Shown here: positions 1-11,256 of the stretch, piece by piece
Layout: every line of letters starts with the position of its first letter
How positions within the stretch are numbered: position 1 is the stretch's first letter
Position numbers and translations under genes: made by a program
Virus record (IMG/VR): IMGVR_UViG_2645727712_000001
Length of the DNA stretch: 64,000 nucleotides
Strand: one strand, 5' to 3'
From: an uncultured virus (IMG/VR IMGVR_UViG_2645727712_000001)
Taxonomy: Duplodnaviria; Heunggongvirae; Uroviricota; Caudoviricetes
The notes under the pieces: generated by a model
Databases searched by the model: none
Told to the model about the DNA's origin: nothing
What the model saw: only the letters and a program-made list of their open reading frames with translations

Positions 1-171
1 ATGACTATCGAAGCTGAGACGCTCGCACAACTCGCACAAGCCCTGAAGGCACAAGGGGCCAGGTTGATCGCTGACCTGACGTTCATCCGCGCGCCTTACC
101 GGTGTGGCAAGCGCTGGGTATGCAATGTAGTACGCCGCAAAACCGCACGCAAGCCTGCACTGCTTCAATGA
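1..171 (+). CDS. small hypothetical protein (56 aa, MTIEAETLAQLAQ...)
   Basis: ATG at 1, open to TGA at 169-171; translated manually, below the ORF-track cutoff. Confidence 0.5.
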   Translation: MTIEAETLAQLAQALKAQGARLIADLTFIRAPYRCGKRWVCNVVRRKTARKPALLQ

Positions 172-264
172 ACGGCGCGCCGCAACTACCACGCTCTTGA
201 ATAGGCGAAGGACCGCCCTTTTTCCTGCGATCACGCCCGCCTGCAAACCCGCCTGACGCACCTG

Positions 265-591
265 TCACTCAAGGCATTCGCGTGCCGCCACCCTCAGCTT
301 GTCGCCCGACAGAAAGCTGCCTTTATAGAATGTCGCGCGGCTACCCTCCCCCGACTCGATCACCTCCAGCACATCATCGGTCGTCACCGCACTAGGCGCC
401 GTCATGCGTACGCCATGGGGGATGGATTTCTGCGTTGAATTGGGTGCCAAGGCCTGCCATTGCGGCATAACGCAGGCGGCATATTGCTGGGGCGTTTTGG
501 ATGTGAGCTTGCTTGCAGTGGGCTTTCCGGGTGAGGCGCAGCCCACGAGTGCTACACACAGCGCCGCCACGACATACAGGAAGTTAGGCAT
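265..591 (-). CDS. lipoprotein, paralog of 10838..11194 and 11257..11607
   Basis: MPNFLYVVAALCVALVGC lipobox; shared S-x-K/R...A-x-C-x(3-4)-WQ motif and a C-terminal Cys. Confidence 0.75.
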   Translation of the reverse strand: MPNFLYVVAALCVALVGCASPGKPTASKLTSKTPQQYAACVMPQWQALAPNSTQKSIPHGVRMTAPSAVTTDDVLEVIESGEGSRATFYKGSFLSGDKLRVAARECLE

Positions 592-805
592 TTCTTTGGC
601 CTCGATCAGTCGCGGGCATTTTAGCAAGTGAAAGGGCCAAGGAGGAATGGACCATCGTCGAATTCCGGAAACATCACGGTTGCCCTTTTTTACCGGCGTG
701 CGGAACGAATGCAGCCTGTCTTGTTTCTGATGAGCAATCATGCACAGCCACACAAATGTGGGCACTGCTTGACTGATTTAATTGGGCGATTCGCTGGAGT
801 CCTAC

Positions 806-1114
806 ATGGTGTGGTGGCTAGAAGTGCTTGCACAATTTGCAACATCGACCGGTCTGGCCGTGGTGTGCATCCTGGTGTTCTGGACCTACGGGCTGGCGTT
901 CGGCAGGTTGTACATGAAGCTGCTCGCTTGCCTGCTGGCCAGCGTGCTGCTGATGGTCGCAGCATTCCCGCATGGGGTGAATTTTGCTACAGGCCTGGGC
1001 GCAACAGTAGGCAACAGTCACTCATTGTCGTTGTTCCTGGCTGACGCCAGCGGGGTTATCGCCGCAGTTCTGATCGCCTCTTTTTTCTTCAACCCGGAAC
1101 GCTTGATAGAGTAG
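806..1114 (+). CDS. small integral membrane protein
   Basis: GGAG RBS before ATG at 806; three hydrophobic segments. Confidence 0.55.
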   Translation: MVWWLEVLAQFATSTGLAVVCILVFWTYGLAFGRLYMKLLACLLASVLLMVAAFPHGVNFATGLGATVGNSHSLSLFLADASGVIAAVLIASFFFNPERLIE

Positions 1115-1231
1115 GCGGCGCTGTGCAGGTTGTCGCCTGACAGTTCTGCCAGTAGCAAGGGCAGGTATAGGGTGGCAATGTCATCAGGCCAATACCGGCA
1201 CGCGAACCCTTCAGCCAAGGATGCCGAGCCC

Positions 1232-1438
1232 ATGAACGAGTCGTCTAAACAAACGCGGTTGTTTTACCAGAACGGTAAGCTGATAACCCTCGTGAGCCCC
1301 GAGCAGCGTCAGCAGATCTTTCGCTCCCCTGATACAGCGCTTGCCGAAACGCGTGTTGATAGTGGCCCGGCCTTGCTGGGTACTGACGCTCAGGGATCGG
1401 TTCTAATGGTGCAATCCGAAGATCAAGCACCCTCCTGA
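1232..1438 (+). pseudogene. truncated N-terminus of an RHS-repeat-associated core-like protein
   Basis: LFYQNGKL...IFR...ALAE...LLGTDAQGSVL resembles the start of short Pseudomonas RHS-core proteins but stops before the core. Confidence 0.45.
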
Positions 1439-1454
1439 TTGGGGTCGTGGGCAG

Positions 1455-1799
1455 GTGGAGAAAGAGCGTGGGCACAGGCGTTCCCTTCCGTTGCTGGAAG
1501 CCGGGCCAAGCGCAGCGGCTGACAAACATGCTAACGTTGAACGCATCGCCCATCGAGTCAACATGTTCATGGAATCACTTGACTGCATCAAATCGGACTT
1601 GGTCAAAACCGCAGATCATCTAGAAGAACTTGGCAAAGCCATGAACGGCCATGCGCGCTTCATGCAGGCGCGGGGTGCTCATCCGGATCAGATCGACGTG
1701 AACGCACACATTGAAGCCCTTGCACAGGTAACCGAAGCCCTGCGGGAGGTGGCAACCAAGATGCAGAGCTCACTTAGCCCTGCCGTGCGTAACAAGTGA
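1455..1799 (+). CDS. hypothetical helical protein
   Basis: 114-aa ORF with amphipathic helical pattern; start uncertain. Confidence 0.5.
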   Translation: MEKERGHRRSLPLLEAGPSAAADKHANVERIAHRVNMFMESLDCIKSDLVKTADHLEELGKAMNGHARFMQARGAHPDQIDVNAHIEALAQVTEALREVATKMQSSLSPAVRNK

Positions 1800-1834
1800 C
1801 GCATTGAGTACAATCCCATCCCCCGAAGATCGTC

Positions 1835-2143
1835 TCAATGAAACCTGAGCTTGACCACCTTGCTCAGCGCCCAGCCGCCGAATACGTAGAACAGGTCCAG
1901 GTAGAAGCGGCCGGCATAGTTGGGCATAGGGTGGTTGTCGATGAGCTGCTCAGGACCGGGGGCAGGCGGCATGAGCGCGTAAAGTGCGTTCGGGATCAAG
2001 GCCAGGGCGATCAGCAGCAAGTAGGCTGCCCCTTTGATCCAGTGCGCGCGTGGTGTAGGCCTGGCTGACCATTTGACGCCGTAATACGCGATCAGGCCTG
2101 CCACGGGCAATACCCAGAAATGTGTTGGGATGCCAATGAACAT
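1835..2143 (-). CDS. hypothetical membrane protein
   Basis: MFIGIPTHFWVLPV..., three hydrophobic segments. Confidence 0.55.
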   Translation of the reverse strand: MFIGIPTHFWVLPVAGLIAYYGVKWSARPTPRAHWIKGAAYLLLIALALIPNALYALMPPAPGPEQLIDNHPMPNYAGRFYLDLFYVFGGWALSKVVKLRFH

Positions 2144-2459
2144 TTCAGCTACAGCACTTCTTGTTTCCACGCACTTTCCTCCGATTGAATACGCGAAGTA
2201 TTGCGGTTGAGTGCGTCAAAAGCAAAGTGCTCATGACGCCTCTACGCGCTTGGCTGCTACTACAGTATTCAGTTAGCTGTCGTGGGGAAAAGCATCGGGC
2301 ACTCCCAGTGCCGCGGTCATGTCGCTGGGTTTGCATCCAGCGTGGATGCAAACCCAGTACACGTCTCGTACCAAGCGTAGTAGCGTTCGCCTTTCGACGA
2401 ACTGCCAAGGTCCGTTGCTTATGTCCATGGACCGCGCCACTCACGAACTGGGAAGTCAA

Positions 2460-2717
2460 ATGGAACACGTTCATTCCGTCAGCCAAGACGTCATCGATTC
2501 AGCACTCATTGCGTTTTCACGTTTCAAGATTGGTGAGATCAAGGTTTACGATCTGGAAAATGCAATGAGTTATGAAGCCGGACAAGCGCTTGCCCGCAGC
2601 GGGCTGGTGCGGTTCTCGATTCACAAGCTGCCATCGGGACGGTACCGCATCAGTGACGAGGGCGAGAACGCGATTACCGAAGCAGGCCGCGAACGGCTGG
2701 AGATGATCAGGGGTTGA
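2460..2717 (+). CDS. hypothetical protein
   Basis: MEHVHSVSQDVIDSAL...; start uncertain. Confidence 0.45.
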   Translation: MEHVHSVSQDVIDSALIAFSRFKIGEIKVYDLENAMSYEAGQALARSGLVRFSIHKLPSGRYRISDEGENAITEAGRERLEMIRG

Positions 2718-2994
2718 GCGGGTAGTTGGCTGAAATAAATCCCCAGAGATGCAGCTGCATACGGCACAGGATTGACCCGTGCCGTCTCGCACCCTCAAGT
2801 ACCCTGACTCCAATGAGCAGCGAGCGCCAGCACGACGAAAGCCACCACCGCCTCCACAACAAGGTAGATACCGTAGAAGTCCTCTGAAAACATACGCAAC
2901 TTTCCGCTTGAATAACGACTGACCTGAGCCGAATGACCCGGCGCCTGAATCAGATAAGCGGTGGCATTCAGAAGTTCATGCCCGGTAAAAACTG

Positions 2995-3111
2995 TCAGGC
3001 GACTCCAGGCGGAATGCCATCCTTGTTCTTGTCCTTGAGTCGCGCTTTTTCCTCCTCGGTGGCGTGAGCCGGTACCTGATCTTTTTTGGGTTCAGGTTGC
3101 TGTTCAGTCAT
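2995..3111 (-). CDS. small hydrophilic protein (38 aa, MTEQQPEPKKDQ...)
   Basis: GAGGAG RBS, ATG and in-frame stop; manual translation. Confidence 0.45.
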   Translation of the reverse strand: MTEQQPEPKKDQVPAHATEEEKARLKDKNKDGIPPGVA

Positions 3112-3181
3112 GTTCAAACTCCTCAACGTGTGAAACGTTGGGCATTTGTTGCGCTCAGCAGTTCAGACGTATCGGCAGCCA

Positions 3182-3481
3182 TCATGTTCCATGACCGCTC
3201 TTGGGGATGCTCTGGGAATTGAAAGAAGCCACTTCGCGGGCCCTCATGACGCCCCAGGCCAATGCCCGGGACATGGACTCCTTTGGGCGGTCGTCGAACG
3301 CCTCCTCATAGACAGGCACGCCGCCAGGAGCATAGACACCTATGAACAGCTGAACGAGGCCTTTTCGGGACAGACGAACCTGTACATTAATCGACGTCTT
3401 GTCGCTTAATGTCTCTTCGTGCTCGCGATGGTGCAACGTAGGGTCAGCCCAGGACCAGAACACACTGCCGCGTATCCGCAT
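3182..3481 (-). CDS. hypothetical protein
   Basis: AGGAGG RBS; 99-aa ORF MRIRGSVFWSWADP... Confidence 0.65.
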   Translation of the reverse strand: MRIRGSVFWSWADPTLHHREHEETLSDKTSINVQVRLSRKGLVQLFIGVYAPGGVPVYEEAFDDRPKESMSRALAWGVMRAREVASFNSQSIPKSGHGT

Positions 3482-4111
3482 CGCGCCTCCTAATACTTTA
3501 GTCTAATAGCCGCTAAGAGGGACATTAGCCGCCTGCCGCTTGGGCTACTAGCGAAATATGGCATCGAACCTCATCGATCAGACGAGCGGGAACGTCGGTG
3601 CCATAATGCTGGGCTGTCGCGATAGAGCGCCATTAGCGATGCCTGGACGCACTGCACATCTACCGCGAGCATCAATCATGAATTCGTTACTGACCTTCTT
3701 CGCAGCTGCGGTGTTGCCACTGTTGGCGATCGCCCTGACGGTCATGGCGCACCGGCACGTCATGCAGAAATGGCGAGCGAAAATCCATACCGAAGTTGCA
3801 CAGGCCTTGAGCACCTTGGTGTCACTACTTACACACTGCTCGTGGACAAATTGACTTCGCCCAGCACCGACAGAACTGCCCAGGTCTATCGCATTCTCCT
3901 TGGCGAGCGCGGAGACTACTATCTGTTCATGAACATCGGAGAGCAGCCAGGCCTGCTCAAGCCGTTGCGCAAGTAACGGGCTTTGCTGGCGGTGCGGGTC
4001 AATGGCTAATATGCTTTGGCGGTGGCCGATCAGGCATCTCACTAGGTGTCAGAATTCGAGAGCATGCGCTTGGTCGGCTTCTTGTAGAAAGCGTGTTTAT
4101 CAGCGGCATTA

Positions 4112-4141
4112 TGAACGTTGAACGTTGAACGTTGAACGTTG
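4112..4141. repeat. tandem 7-bp repeat (TGAACGT)x4
   Basis: directly visible. Confidence 0.9.
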
Positions 4142-4275
4142 GGAGATGACGCGCGCTGGCTGCGTAAAGGGGCGAAACTTACCGCTGAGTCAACGGACCT
4201 ATCCGATTCGACTTTAATCTGCCCTGCCAGTTGCCAGTACCGTACTACGTGGGACATTTGAGGGCTGAATGTGCA

Positions 4276-4467
4276 ATGAATAAAGGTCTACTGATCGGGC
4301 TGGTGGTGACCCTGCTTACGGGGTGCAATCATTATTTCAACAGCCCCTATGGAAGTCGCTGGGATCAACGAAATATCCCCTGTGACGCCACGCCACCTAA
4401 TCAACCTGGGTGCTACGACAATGTGCACCAAGAGGGGCTGCTCAACAGGCTTTTAAGAAAGGACTAG
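4276..4467 (+). CDS. small lipoprotein, CDxxPxNQPGCY family
   Basis: LLTGC lipobox; CDATPPNQPGCY motif shared with 22445 and 22725. Confidence 0.75.
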   Translation: MNKGLLIGLVVTLLTGCNHYFNSPYGSRWDQRNIPCDATPPNQPGCYDNVHQEGLLNRLLRKD

Positions 4468-4706
4468 TCATGCCTGCTTTCTTGACCCGCTTGTTCAAGC
4501 GCACAGATAAGCCAGGGCACGCTGAACTCAACCGTTCAACCGACTCCAGCCAGATCAGCCCTCCCTCCTCCGTGCCCTTCATGGACAACGACGAGACCAC
4601 GCGCCTGGCCACAACCTGCTCGATACGAAGCTACGACGTAAGCGCACCAGCCATTACACGTTGCAATTGAAGTTGCGTAATGGCTGACATCCCATCCAAG
4701 CGATTC

Positions 4707-5444
4707 CTAGATGGAGCGTTGATTTATCCTGGCCGATAGAGCTTCAGCGCTTTCTTTTCGCTCCGAATATCGATCTACCAAATAGCCCTCACGGCCACGA
4801 ACCAGCAGCGTGAACTTCACCAGTTCCTCCATCACATCGACCACGCGGTCATAATACGGCGAAGGTTTCATTCGGCCAGCATCGTCGAACTCCAGATACG
4901 CCTTCGGCACGGACGACTGATTCGGGATGGTCAGCATGCGCATCCATCGACCTAACACACGCATCTGGTTCACAGCGTTGAATGACTGAGACCCGCCGCA
5001 CACCTGCATCACCGCGAGTGTTTTGCCTTGGGTGGGCCGCACGGCACCCAGGGTCAAAGGAATCCAATCGATCTGCGCTTTGAATACCCCGGACATAGCG
5101 CCATGACGCTCGGGGGAACACCATACCTGTCCGTCTGACCACAGCACCAGATTACGCAGCTCTTGTACCTTCGGGTGTTCGACTGGCGCGTCATCCGGCA
5201 AGGGCAAACCTGACGGATCGAAAATCACCGTCTCGGCGCCCATGTACTGGAGCAGTCTAGCGGCCTCTTGCGTCAAGAGACGACTGAACGAACGCTCTCT
5301 GGTCGATCCATAGAGCAGAAGGATGCGTGGTTTGACGTTCGACGCATCAGCCAGGTTAAGCTTATCGGCAGTGGGCAGATCCATCAGCAACAGATCGAGG
5401 GCAGGAAAGGCCTCGGCAGAGTCGATATCGAACTCGTTCATCAC
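4707..5444 (-). CDS. arsH: ArsH NADPH-dependent FMN reductase (organoarsenical oxidase)
   Basis: [38 protein letters not shown] motifs; last gene of the ars operon. Confidence 0.95.
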   Translation of the reverse strand: MMNEFDIDSAEAFPALDLLLMDLPTADKLNLADASNVKPRILLLYGSTRERSFSRLLTQEAARLLQYMGAETVIFDPSGLPLPDDAPVEHPKVQELRNLVLWSDGQVWCSPERHGAMSGVFKAQIDWIPLTLGAVRPTQGKTLAVMQVCGGSQSFNAVNQMRVLGRWMRMLTIPNQSSVPKAYLEFDDAGRMKPSPYYDRVVDVMEELVKFTLLVRGREGYLVDRYSERKESAEALSARINQRSI

Positions 5445-5911
5445 AATGCTCCAATCCGATCCAAAGCCTGCTTCAGGTCGTCGCCTTGAAGTGTCTTCAG
5501 ATCCAACGCGAATAACGCTGCGAACCGCCTTTTGATGTGTTCAACCGTTGCGTCGAATGCGACCTGAATAGCCTCGTCGCTGCCATCCACTTCCGATGGG
5601 TCAGGCAGCCCCCAGTGGCTCTTGATGGCCGGGCCAAAATACACCGGACAGGCTTCGCTACTTGCCTTGTCGCACACAGTGATCACGATATCGGGTGGCG
5701 AGTCCTCGAACGCTTCTGATCCCTTGCTATAAAGGGCGGACGTGTCGACACCCAGTCCTTGCAGCGTGCTCACCGCACGGGGATTGAGTTTGCCGCTGGG
5801 GAGGCTGCCCGAACTGATGGCCGTGAAGCCGTCCGGCGCAACATGGTTGAACAGTCCTTCGGACAGGACGCTGCGACAGCTATTGGCCGTACACATGAAC
5901 AGCATCTTCAT
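5441..5911 (-). CDS. arsC: arsenate reductase, LMW-PTP/thioredoxin type
   Basis: CTANSCRS active site, TVCD...[11 protein letters not shown]. Confidence 0.93.
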   Translation of the reverse strand: MKMLFMCTANSCRSVLSEGLFNHVAPDGFTAISSGSLPSGKLNPRAVSTLQGLGVDTSALYSKGSEAFEDSPPDIVITVCDKASSEACPVYFGPAIKSHWGLPDPSEVDGSDEAIQVAFDATVEHIKRRFAALFALDLKTLQGDDLKQALDRIGAL

Positions 5912-5920
5912 AAGTTACTC

Positions 5921-7210
5921 CTACGTGCTGATGCTCAAGCGCACGGCAAGCGCTGCCAGTGTCAGCAGCAGAATGGGGAAAGTGATTACGCAGCCAACCT
6001 TGAAGTAGTAACCCCAAGTGATGCGGATGTTTTTCTGAGCCAGGACATGCAGCCACAGCAGCGTCGCCAGACTACCGATGGGGGTTATCTTGGGGCCAAG
6101 GTCGCAGCCGATGATGTTGGCGTACACCATGGCTTCGTGGGCGAGCCCCGTCGCGCCACTGTCCTGAATCGACAAGGCACCAATCAGCACGCTGGGCATG
6201 TTGTTCATGACAGATGACAGCAGCGCAGCCGTGAAACCGGTGCCGAGTGTCGCAACCCACAGACCATGATCGGCGAAGGTGCCGAACAATGAGCCGAGTC
6301 CTTCTGTCAGCCCTGCATTCTTCAGGCCGTAGATCACCAGATACATGCCAAGTGAAAACAATACGACCTGCCAGGGTGCGTTGAGCATGACTTTGCGGGT
6401 CGAGATCACATGCCCTTTCGCGGCAATTATCAGCAACACCAGTGCGCATACAGCGGCGACAGCACTGATCGGTATGCCTAGGGGCTCAAGGGCGAACAAA
6501 CCGACTAGCAGATGCAGCAACACCCACCAGCCAGCAATGAACGTATGGCGATCCTTGATGGCCTCTTCTGGTCGCGGTAGTTCTTCGGGTGAGTACGCCA
6601 GCGGTACCTCTTTTCGATAAAACAACCAAAGCATGCCTAGCGTCGCCCCGACACTGGCCAGATTCACCGGCCACATAATCGAGGCGTACTGACCAAATCC
6701 GATGTCGAAAAAATCGGCAGAGACGATGTTCACAAGGTTCGAGACAACCAGCGGCAAGCTGGCAGTGTCGGCAATGAAGCCGGCAGCCATCACGAAAGCC
6801 AAGGTTGCTGCCGGGCTAAAGCGCAGCGCCGTAAGCATTGCGATGACAATGGGGGTCAGAATCAATGCTGCGCCATCATTAGCAAACAGGGCCGAGACAG
6901 CTGCACCCAAGAGTACCATTAGTGCAAACAGGCGTGCCCCGCTGCCTCTCCCCCAACGAGCCACATGAAGCGCTACCCACTCGAAAAAGCCTGCCTCATC
7001 CAGCAGGAGGCTGATGATGATCACCGCAATGAACGTCGCCGTTGCGTTCCACACAATGTGCCAGACCACCGGGATATCACTGAGCGCAACAACGCCAGTT
7101 AGCAACGCGACCACCGCTCCGGCAGACGCACTCCAACCCACGCCAAGCCCTCGGGGTTGCCAGATCACCAGTACCAGCGTTACCAGAAAAATAGACACTG
7201 CCAGCAACAT
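5921..7210 (-). CDS. arsB: arsenite efflux permease ArsB
   Basis: [23 protein letters not shown] start; [11 protein letters not shown] and [15 protein letters not shown] motifs; 429 aa. Confidence 0.95.
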   Translation of the reverse strand: MLLAVSIFLVTLVLVIWQPRGLGVGWSASAGAVVALLTGVVALSDIPVVWHIVWNATATFIAVIIISLLLDEAGFFEWVALHVARWGRGSGARLFALMVLLGAAVSALFANDGAALILTPIVIAMLTALRFSPAATLAFVMAAGFIADTASLPLVVSNLVNIVSADFFDIGFGQYASIMWPVNLASVGATLGMLWLFYRKEVPLAYSPEELPRPEEAIKDRHTFIAGWWVLLHLLVGLFALEPLGIPISAVAAVCALVLLIIAAKGHVISTRKVMLNAPWQVVLFSLGMYLVIYGLKNAGLTEGLGSLFGTFADHGLWVATLGTGFTAALLSSVMNNMPSVLIGALSIQDSGATGLAHEAMVYANIIGCDLGPKITPIGSLATLLWLHVLAQKNIRITWGYYFKVGCVITFPILLLTLAALAVRLSIST

Positions 7211-7229
7211 CTCGGGTCTCCAATAACAC

Positions 7230-7580
7230 TTAGCAACAGGAAACCTGGCGTACCGGGCGACCTTCCATGGAAGCAAGGCGACCTTGGTCATCACCGAGCC
7301 AAGTGCGGTTAGCCTCGAGCGTCGCCTGAAGTACATCCAGTGCCCATAGAGGCAGTTCCGGATGAAGACGGTAGTAAACCCATTGGCCCTGCCGACGGTC
7401 CTCCAGCAGCCCGCAGGTACGAAGCTGAGCCAGGTGGCGTGAGATCTTCGGCTGGCTGTCGTCGAGTGCCCAAATCAGTTCACAGACGCACAGCTCACCC
7501 TCAGCTGCGAGCATGAGCATGATCCGGGCGCGGGTTTCGTCACCAAGGCATTTAAAGAAAATAGGCGGCTGAATGGGCAT
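7230..7580 (-). CDS. arsR: ArsR metalloregulator
   Basis: ELCVCEL metal box, [13 protein letters not shown] helix-turn-helix. Confidence 0.95.
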   Translation of the reverse strand: MPIQPPIFFKCLGDETRARIMLMLAAEGELCVCELIWALDDSQPKISRHLAQLRTCGLLEDRRQGQWVYYRLHPELPLWALDVLQATLEANRTWLGDDQGRLASMEGRPVRQVSCC

Positions 7581-7590
7581 GACCAACCTT

Positions 7591-7630
7591 TATATTCGAT
7601 TCTACGCATATGCGAATTTACAGATATGTA
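7591..7630 (-). promoter_or_regulatory. probable ArsR operator/promoter
   Basis: AT-rich region with palindrome CGCATATGCG directly upstream of arsR. Confidence 0.5.
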
Positions 7631-7648
7631 GCCGCAATTGGAAGCGGC

Positions 7649-8149
7649 TCATCTCGCTTCAGGCGCCCACGTATGCGCAAGCAGATCAGGAAACTCGCTT
7701 ACCCTTTGGGTTGGCAGACGACTAGGGACGTCTTTCAGGTAGGCGTATGGATCATGTCCATTCAGCCGTGCTGACTGGATCAGGCTCATGATCGCCGCTG
7801 CCCGTTTACCGCTGCGTAACGACCTGGCAAGGAGCCAGTTCGAATGACCGAGGGCCCATGGGCGAATCTGATTTCCCCCCTGATTGTTATGGATGGGCAC
7901 ATTCGAAGCGAACAGGTCAAAGAATTTGCGACGGACATGGGCCATACAGCCAATGTCGAACAAGCCCTGTACGAAGCTGGCGTTGTAACCTGCAAAGTCA
8001 TCGCAGACCAACTAGCCATTCCACGAGCCCAGAAAACGAGGCTGCATAGGAAATCCGCTTGATGGACCAGAAATGGTGTCCACTCAAACTTAGGGGGCTC
8101 CATGGCCTTCAGCAGTCGTGTGGGGAAGATGTGGTTGCCGGACGGTTAC
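7649..8149 (-). mobile_element. internally deleted IS66-family element (tnpC fragments plus left end)
   Basis: CMAHVRRKFFD, IRPWALG and SLIQSARLNGHDPYAYL are TnpC motifs fused by deletion; GTAACCGTCCGG terminus-like sequence starts at 8149 on the minus strand. Confidence 0.8.
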
Positions 8150-8561
8150 ACTACGACTGCCATCACGTCAGCAATAGCGCCCTATCGGGGACAGCCACGC
8201 TAGCGACAGCGGATCGAGCACCAGCAGTTGCGACTAACGATCTGTCATCTTCTGGGTAACCAGGCCGCGAGCAGCCATATCACGCCTGTCGCCAACACCC
8301 AAGGCCACCTGCTCGCGGGATTCATTGCCATACCCACCAACGCGATAACGATCAATGCCCCCCCCGCCCATCGTTTGCGCGCTGGTGTAAACCATCTCTG
8401 AAACCGCCTAAGCATGGCCTGCACGTTTATCACCACCTGTGCTGCACTCAAACGATCGCAGTCTCTGTCGTCGTTCTGATTCACCGCGCCTTGTATCCGC
8501 ATGAATTGACGTGTGCCGGAAAATTGCGGCCATCAGCTACTATGTCCCGGTTATCAGTAGG

Positions 8562-8978
8562 TCAGGGAAGAACACCGCGCGCCTGCTTCATTGCCTGCAA
8601 GGTCATGCGCTTGTGCTGCAGCGCTGACTGATCTTCGATCCTGCGCACCGCCAGCGCTCTCAATACCTCATAAGCAAGCGCATGACAGACAGGCTCAGTC
8701 ACGCCATGCCCACGCTGCAGGTCGATAGCGGCTTGCCGACGCTCAATTTCCATCCTTGCTGGGTCATACTCGAACGCCGCAGCTCGCGCCTCGAGCATCA
8801 CACTATTGGCGGCGGCCAGGTCGACATCCAGCATCCCAGTGAGCGCGCACTGCTCACCTGTAATGGATGACAGCGCAAAACCCTTGTACTGAGCCTCACC
8901 CATAACCGGCCGTACAGGTTGCGCAGTGCAGCTCGAAAGCACGACAGTGGCCATGAGCAGATATCGATAATTTTTCAT
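8562..8978 (-). CDS. lipoprotein, unknown function
   Basis: MKNYRYLLMATVVLSSC lipobox. Confidence 0.6.
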   Translation of the reverse strand: MKNYRYLLMATVVLSSCTAQPVRPVMGEAQYKGFALSSITGEQCALTGMLDVDLAAANSVMLEARAAAFEYDPARMEIERRQAAIDLQRGHGVTEPVCHALAYEVLRALAVRRIEDQSALQHKRMTLQAMKQARGVLP

Positions 8979-9148
8979 CAGGTCACGTCAGGTCAAATAC
9001 AGTGGATGAGCCATACGTTACAATTGGCCTCGTCAAAACCACGCTCCAGGCGCTGCTCGTTCGGCCACCCTACCGATGTGCCACGCTTAGACTCGCTATC
9101 TTCCCTGCCACCCCTCTTTTTCCGCTATCACCCGTTAAGGATGATGCC

Positions 9149-9586
9149 ATGATCATTCGCCAGGCTACTAATACCGACCATCCGCAGTTGCTCGACCTTT
9201 GGCTGCGCGCCGTTCGTGCCACTCACCATTTCCTACAGGAAGCCGATATCGAGGCGTTGTTTGCTCAACTGCGCGATAGCTACCTGCCGGCTGTCGAATT
9301 ATGGATGGCAGAGGATGCCGTAAACGGCCCGCTTGGGTTCATCGGGCTTAACGTAAGCCACGTAGAAATGCTGTTTATCGAACCCAGTCGGCGAGGTGAA
9401 GGCATCGGCCGCGCGCTACTGGATCACGCCCGGAGTTCACGCGGCCAAATTAGCGTTGATGTGAATGAGCAGAATCCGAAAGCGGTCGGGTTCTACCTGC
9501 ATTATGGTTTTATCCAAACAGGCCGCTCCCCTCTCGATGGTGAGGGCCGCCCGTTCCCCTTGCTGCACCTGAGCTTGCCCGGCTAG
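9149..9586 (+). CDS. GNAT acetyltransferase (YjaB-like)
   Basis: EMLFIEPSRRGEGIGRALL, VNEQNPKAVGFY. Confidence 0.88.
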   Translation: MIIRQATNTDHPQLLDLWLRAVRATHHFLQEADIEALFAQLRDSYLPAVELWMAEDAVNGPLGFIGLNVSHVEMLFIEPSRRGEGIGRALLDHARSSRGQISVDVNEQNPKAVGFYLHYGFIQTGRSPLDGEGRPFPLLHLSLPG

Positions 9587-9675
9587 CACTGCAGCCGTGG
9601 GGTGCTACTGGTCCGCTCATTGACCATTACGAAACCTTCATCGAAAACCAACTGCTCACCCAGGGAGGCAGTGAA

Positions 9676-10053
9676 ATGATCAACCATCTGGATCACCTCG
9701 TTTTGACAACCATCGATGTCGAGGCATGCAAGGATTTCTATACCCGCGTCATGGGCATGAACCTGGAAATTTTCGGTGCCGGGCGCTTGGCTTTGCGCTT
9801 CGGTGAGCAAAAGATCAACGTACACGTGCGTGGCCACGAATTCGAACCCAAGGCTCACTTGCCAGTCTCAGGCGCGTTGGACCTCTGCTTCATCGCCTCG
9901 ATCAGCCTTGAGAAAGTCGTGGCCCATCTAGAAGCACAGCAGTGGCCAATTATCGAGGGCCCCGTTCAACGCACCGGCGCCACGGGACCTATCCGATCCG
10001 TTTATGTGCGCGACCCGGATCTCAACTTGATAGAGATATCGGAGCGACTCTAG
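9676..10053 (+). CDS. VOC/glyoxalase family protein
   Basis: LDHLVLT...FY, SVYVRDPDLNLIEIS. Confidence 0.9.
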   Translation: MINHLDHLVLTTIDVEACKDFYTRVMGMNLEIFGAGRLALRFGEQKINVHVRGHEFEPKAHLPVSGALDLCFIASISLEKVVAHLEAQQWPIIEGPVQRTGATGPIRSVYVRDPDLNLIEISERL

Positions 10054-10159
10054 CAGGGTTTACAGGAGCAGAATGAAGCGCGATCCAGACAGGCCTGGGT
10101 GCTCTCGAGAAAACCAAGCAGGCTATCGGGTGGGGCTTGCCGGTGACGGCCTCGAGCGA

Positions 10160-10327
10160 TCAGGAGAAGAGCTTGAACGCTACCCAGCTCGTCGCCAAAG
10201 CGAAGACTGCGCCCGCAGCAGCCGACAGAAAGATGCTGCGCGCTTGGTGCTGCGTGCCCTCGCGGACCTCACTGCCCAGCTGTGCCAGGTTCTCTTTCAT
10301 CTGCTTGATAACTTGATCATGGCTCAT
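10160..10327 (-). CDS. small protein with C-terminal TM helix (55 aa, MSHDQVIKQMKENL...)
   Basis: GAGG RBS; manual translation. Confidence 0.5.
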   Translation of the reverse strand: MSHDQVIKQMKENLAQLGSEVREGTQHQARSIFLSAAAGAVFALATSWVAFKLFS

Positions 10328-10447
10328 GGTCGTCCTCGCTTGTGATGCCAGGTCACGCCTGTTGCTAGACCCTATGGCGATAGTGTCGGCCGAATTGGCG
10401 TAAAGCTCAAGACCACTCGGCGCAAGCCTGTTTCTCAGGACGGCAGG

Positions 10448-10636
10448 CTAGAGCTTTTGAATGAAGGCCGCAGCGGTAACGATGACGGTGACTAGCCCTC
10501 CCACCGCGACAAAGGGGTAAAACAGCGTCTCGCGCTTCATTTTGTTGGCCTCGGCGATCAATTTTCGCGCCTCGGCGGTGAGCTTGTGAATTTCAGCTTG
10601 GAGCTTCTCAAGCTCCAGCTCCTCCTTCTCGGTCAT
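10448..10636 (-). CDS. small coiled-coil protein with C-terminal TM helix
   Basis: heptad pattern followed by a hydrophobic tail; AAGGA RBS. Confidence 0.6.
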   Translation of the reverse strand: MTEKEELELEKLQAEIHKLTAEARKLIAEANKMKRETLFYPFVAVGGLVTVIVTAAAFIQKL

Positions 10637-10837
10637 TGGCCGTCCTTTCGTGCCTTGAGCCGCACCCTGTCGTGCGTCCTCTGTGCTGCATTATGTGTTC
10701 TTAGGTTAGGGAATGCAGCACGCCACAGCATTCATTGATGCTGTACTCCTCAGTGGCGGGCACCGTGGCCTTGAGCGTGGCCACCACGCGCTCGGTAGCA
10801 GTCAGCGACCATTGAAAAGCTATCCACCCCGGATAGG

Positions 10838-11194
10838 TCAACCGGCGCATGACCTGACCGCATCTGTCACGCGCTCCAGCGGTGACTGCCAGGTGCGATA
10901 GAAGTGATAACGGACAGTCGAACCACTTGGTGCTGATGCCACATCGACCAAATGGATAGGCGTCTGCGCGTCAGGCGCCAAGACAGCGTAGCGGTCGCCA
11001 GATGTCTGCAAGATACCGCCGACACTTACCCCCAGCACCGTGGTGTTCTGCCAGGCATCTCGGATGCACTCGGCAACCAGCTGGGGTGGCCTTGACGACT
11101 TCAAGTCCAGCAGTGGCGGATTGCTTCGGGTGTCGCCAACGCTCGCACACCCCGCCAGCAATGCCAAGCCCGACCCGACTATGATGTTTCGCAT
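10838..11194 (-). CDS. lipoprotein
   Basis: MRNIIVGSGLALLAGC lipobox; AGGAG RBS. Confidence 0.8.
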   Translation of the reverse strand: MRNIIVGSGLALLAGCASVGDTRSNPPLLDLKSSRPPQLVAECIRDAWQNTTVLGVSVGGILQTSGDRYAVLAPDAQTPIHLVDVASAPSGSTVRYHFYRTWQSPLERVTDAVRSCAG

Positions 11195-11256
11195 ATTTTC
11201 TATCTCCTGAAAGTCGAGACCGTATCAGCCCGGCATCTGCGCGCTCGACGGAACCG

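Noticed and set aside
7211..7336. N-terminal extension of ArsB in the ORF track
   Set aside because: It overlaps arsR; the canonical start with an RBS is at 7210
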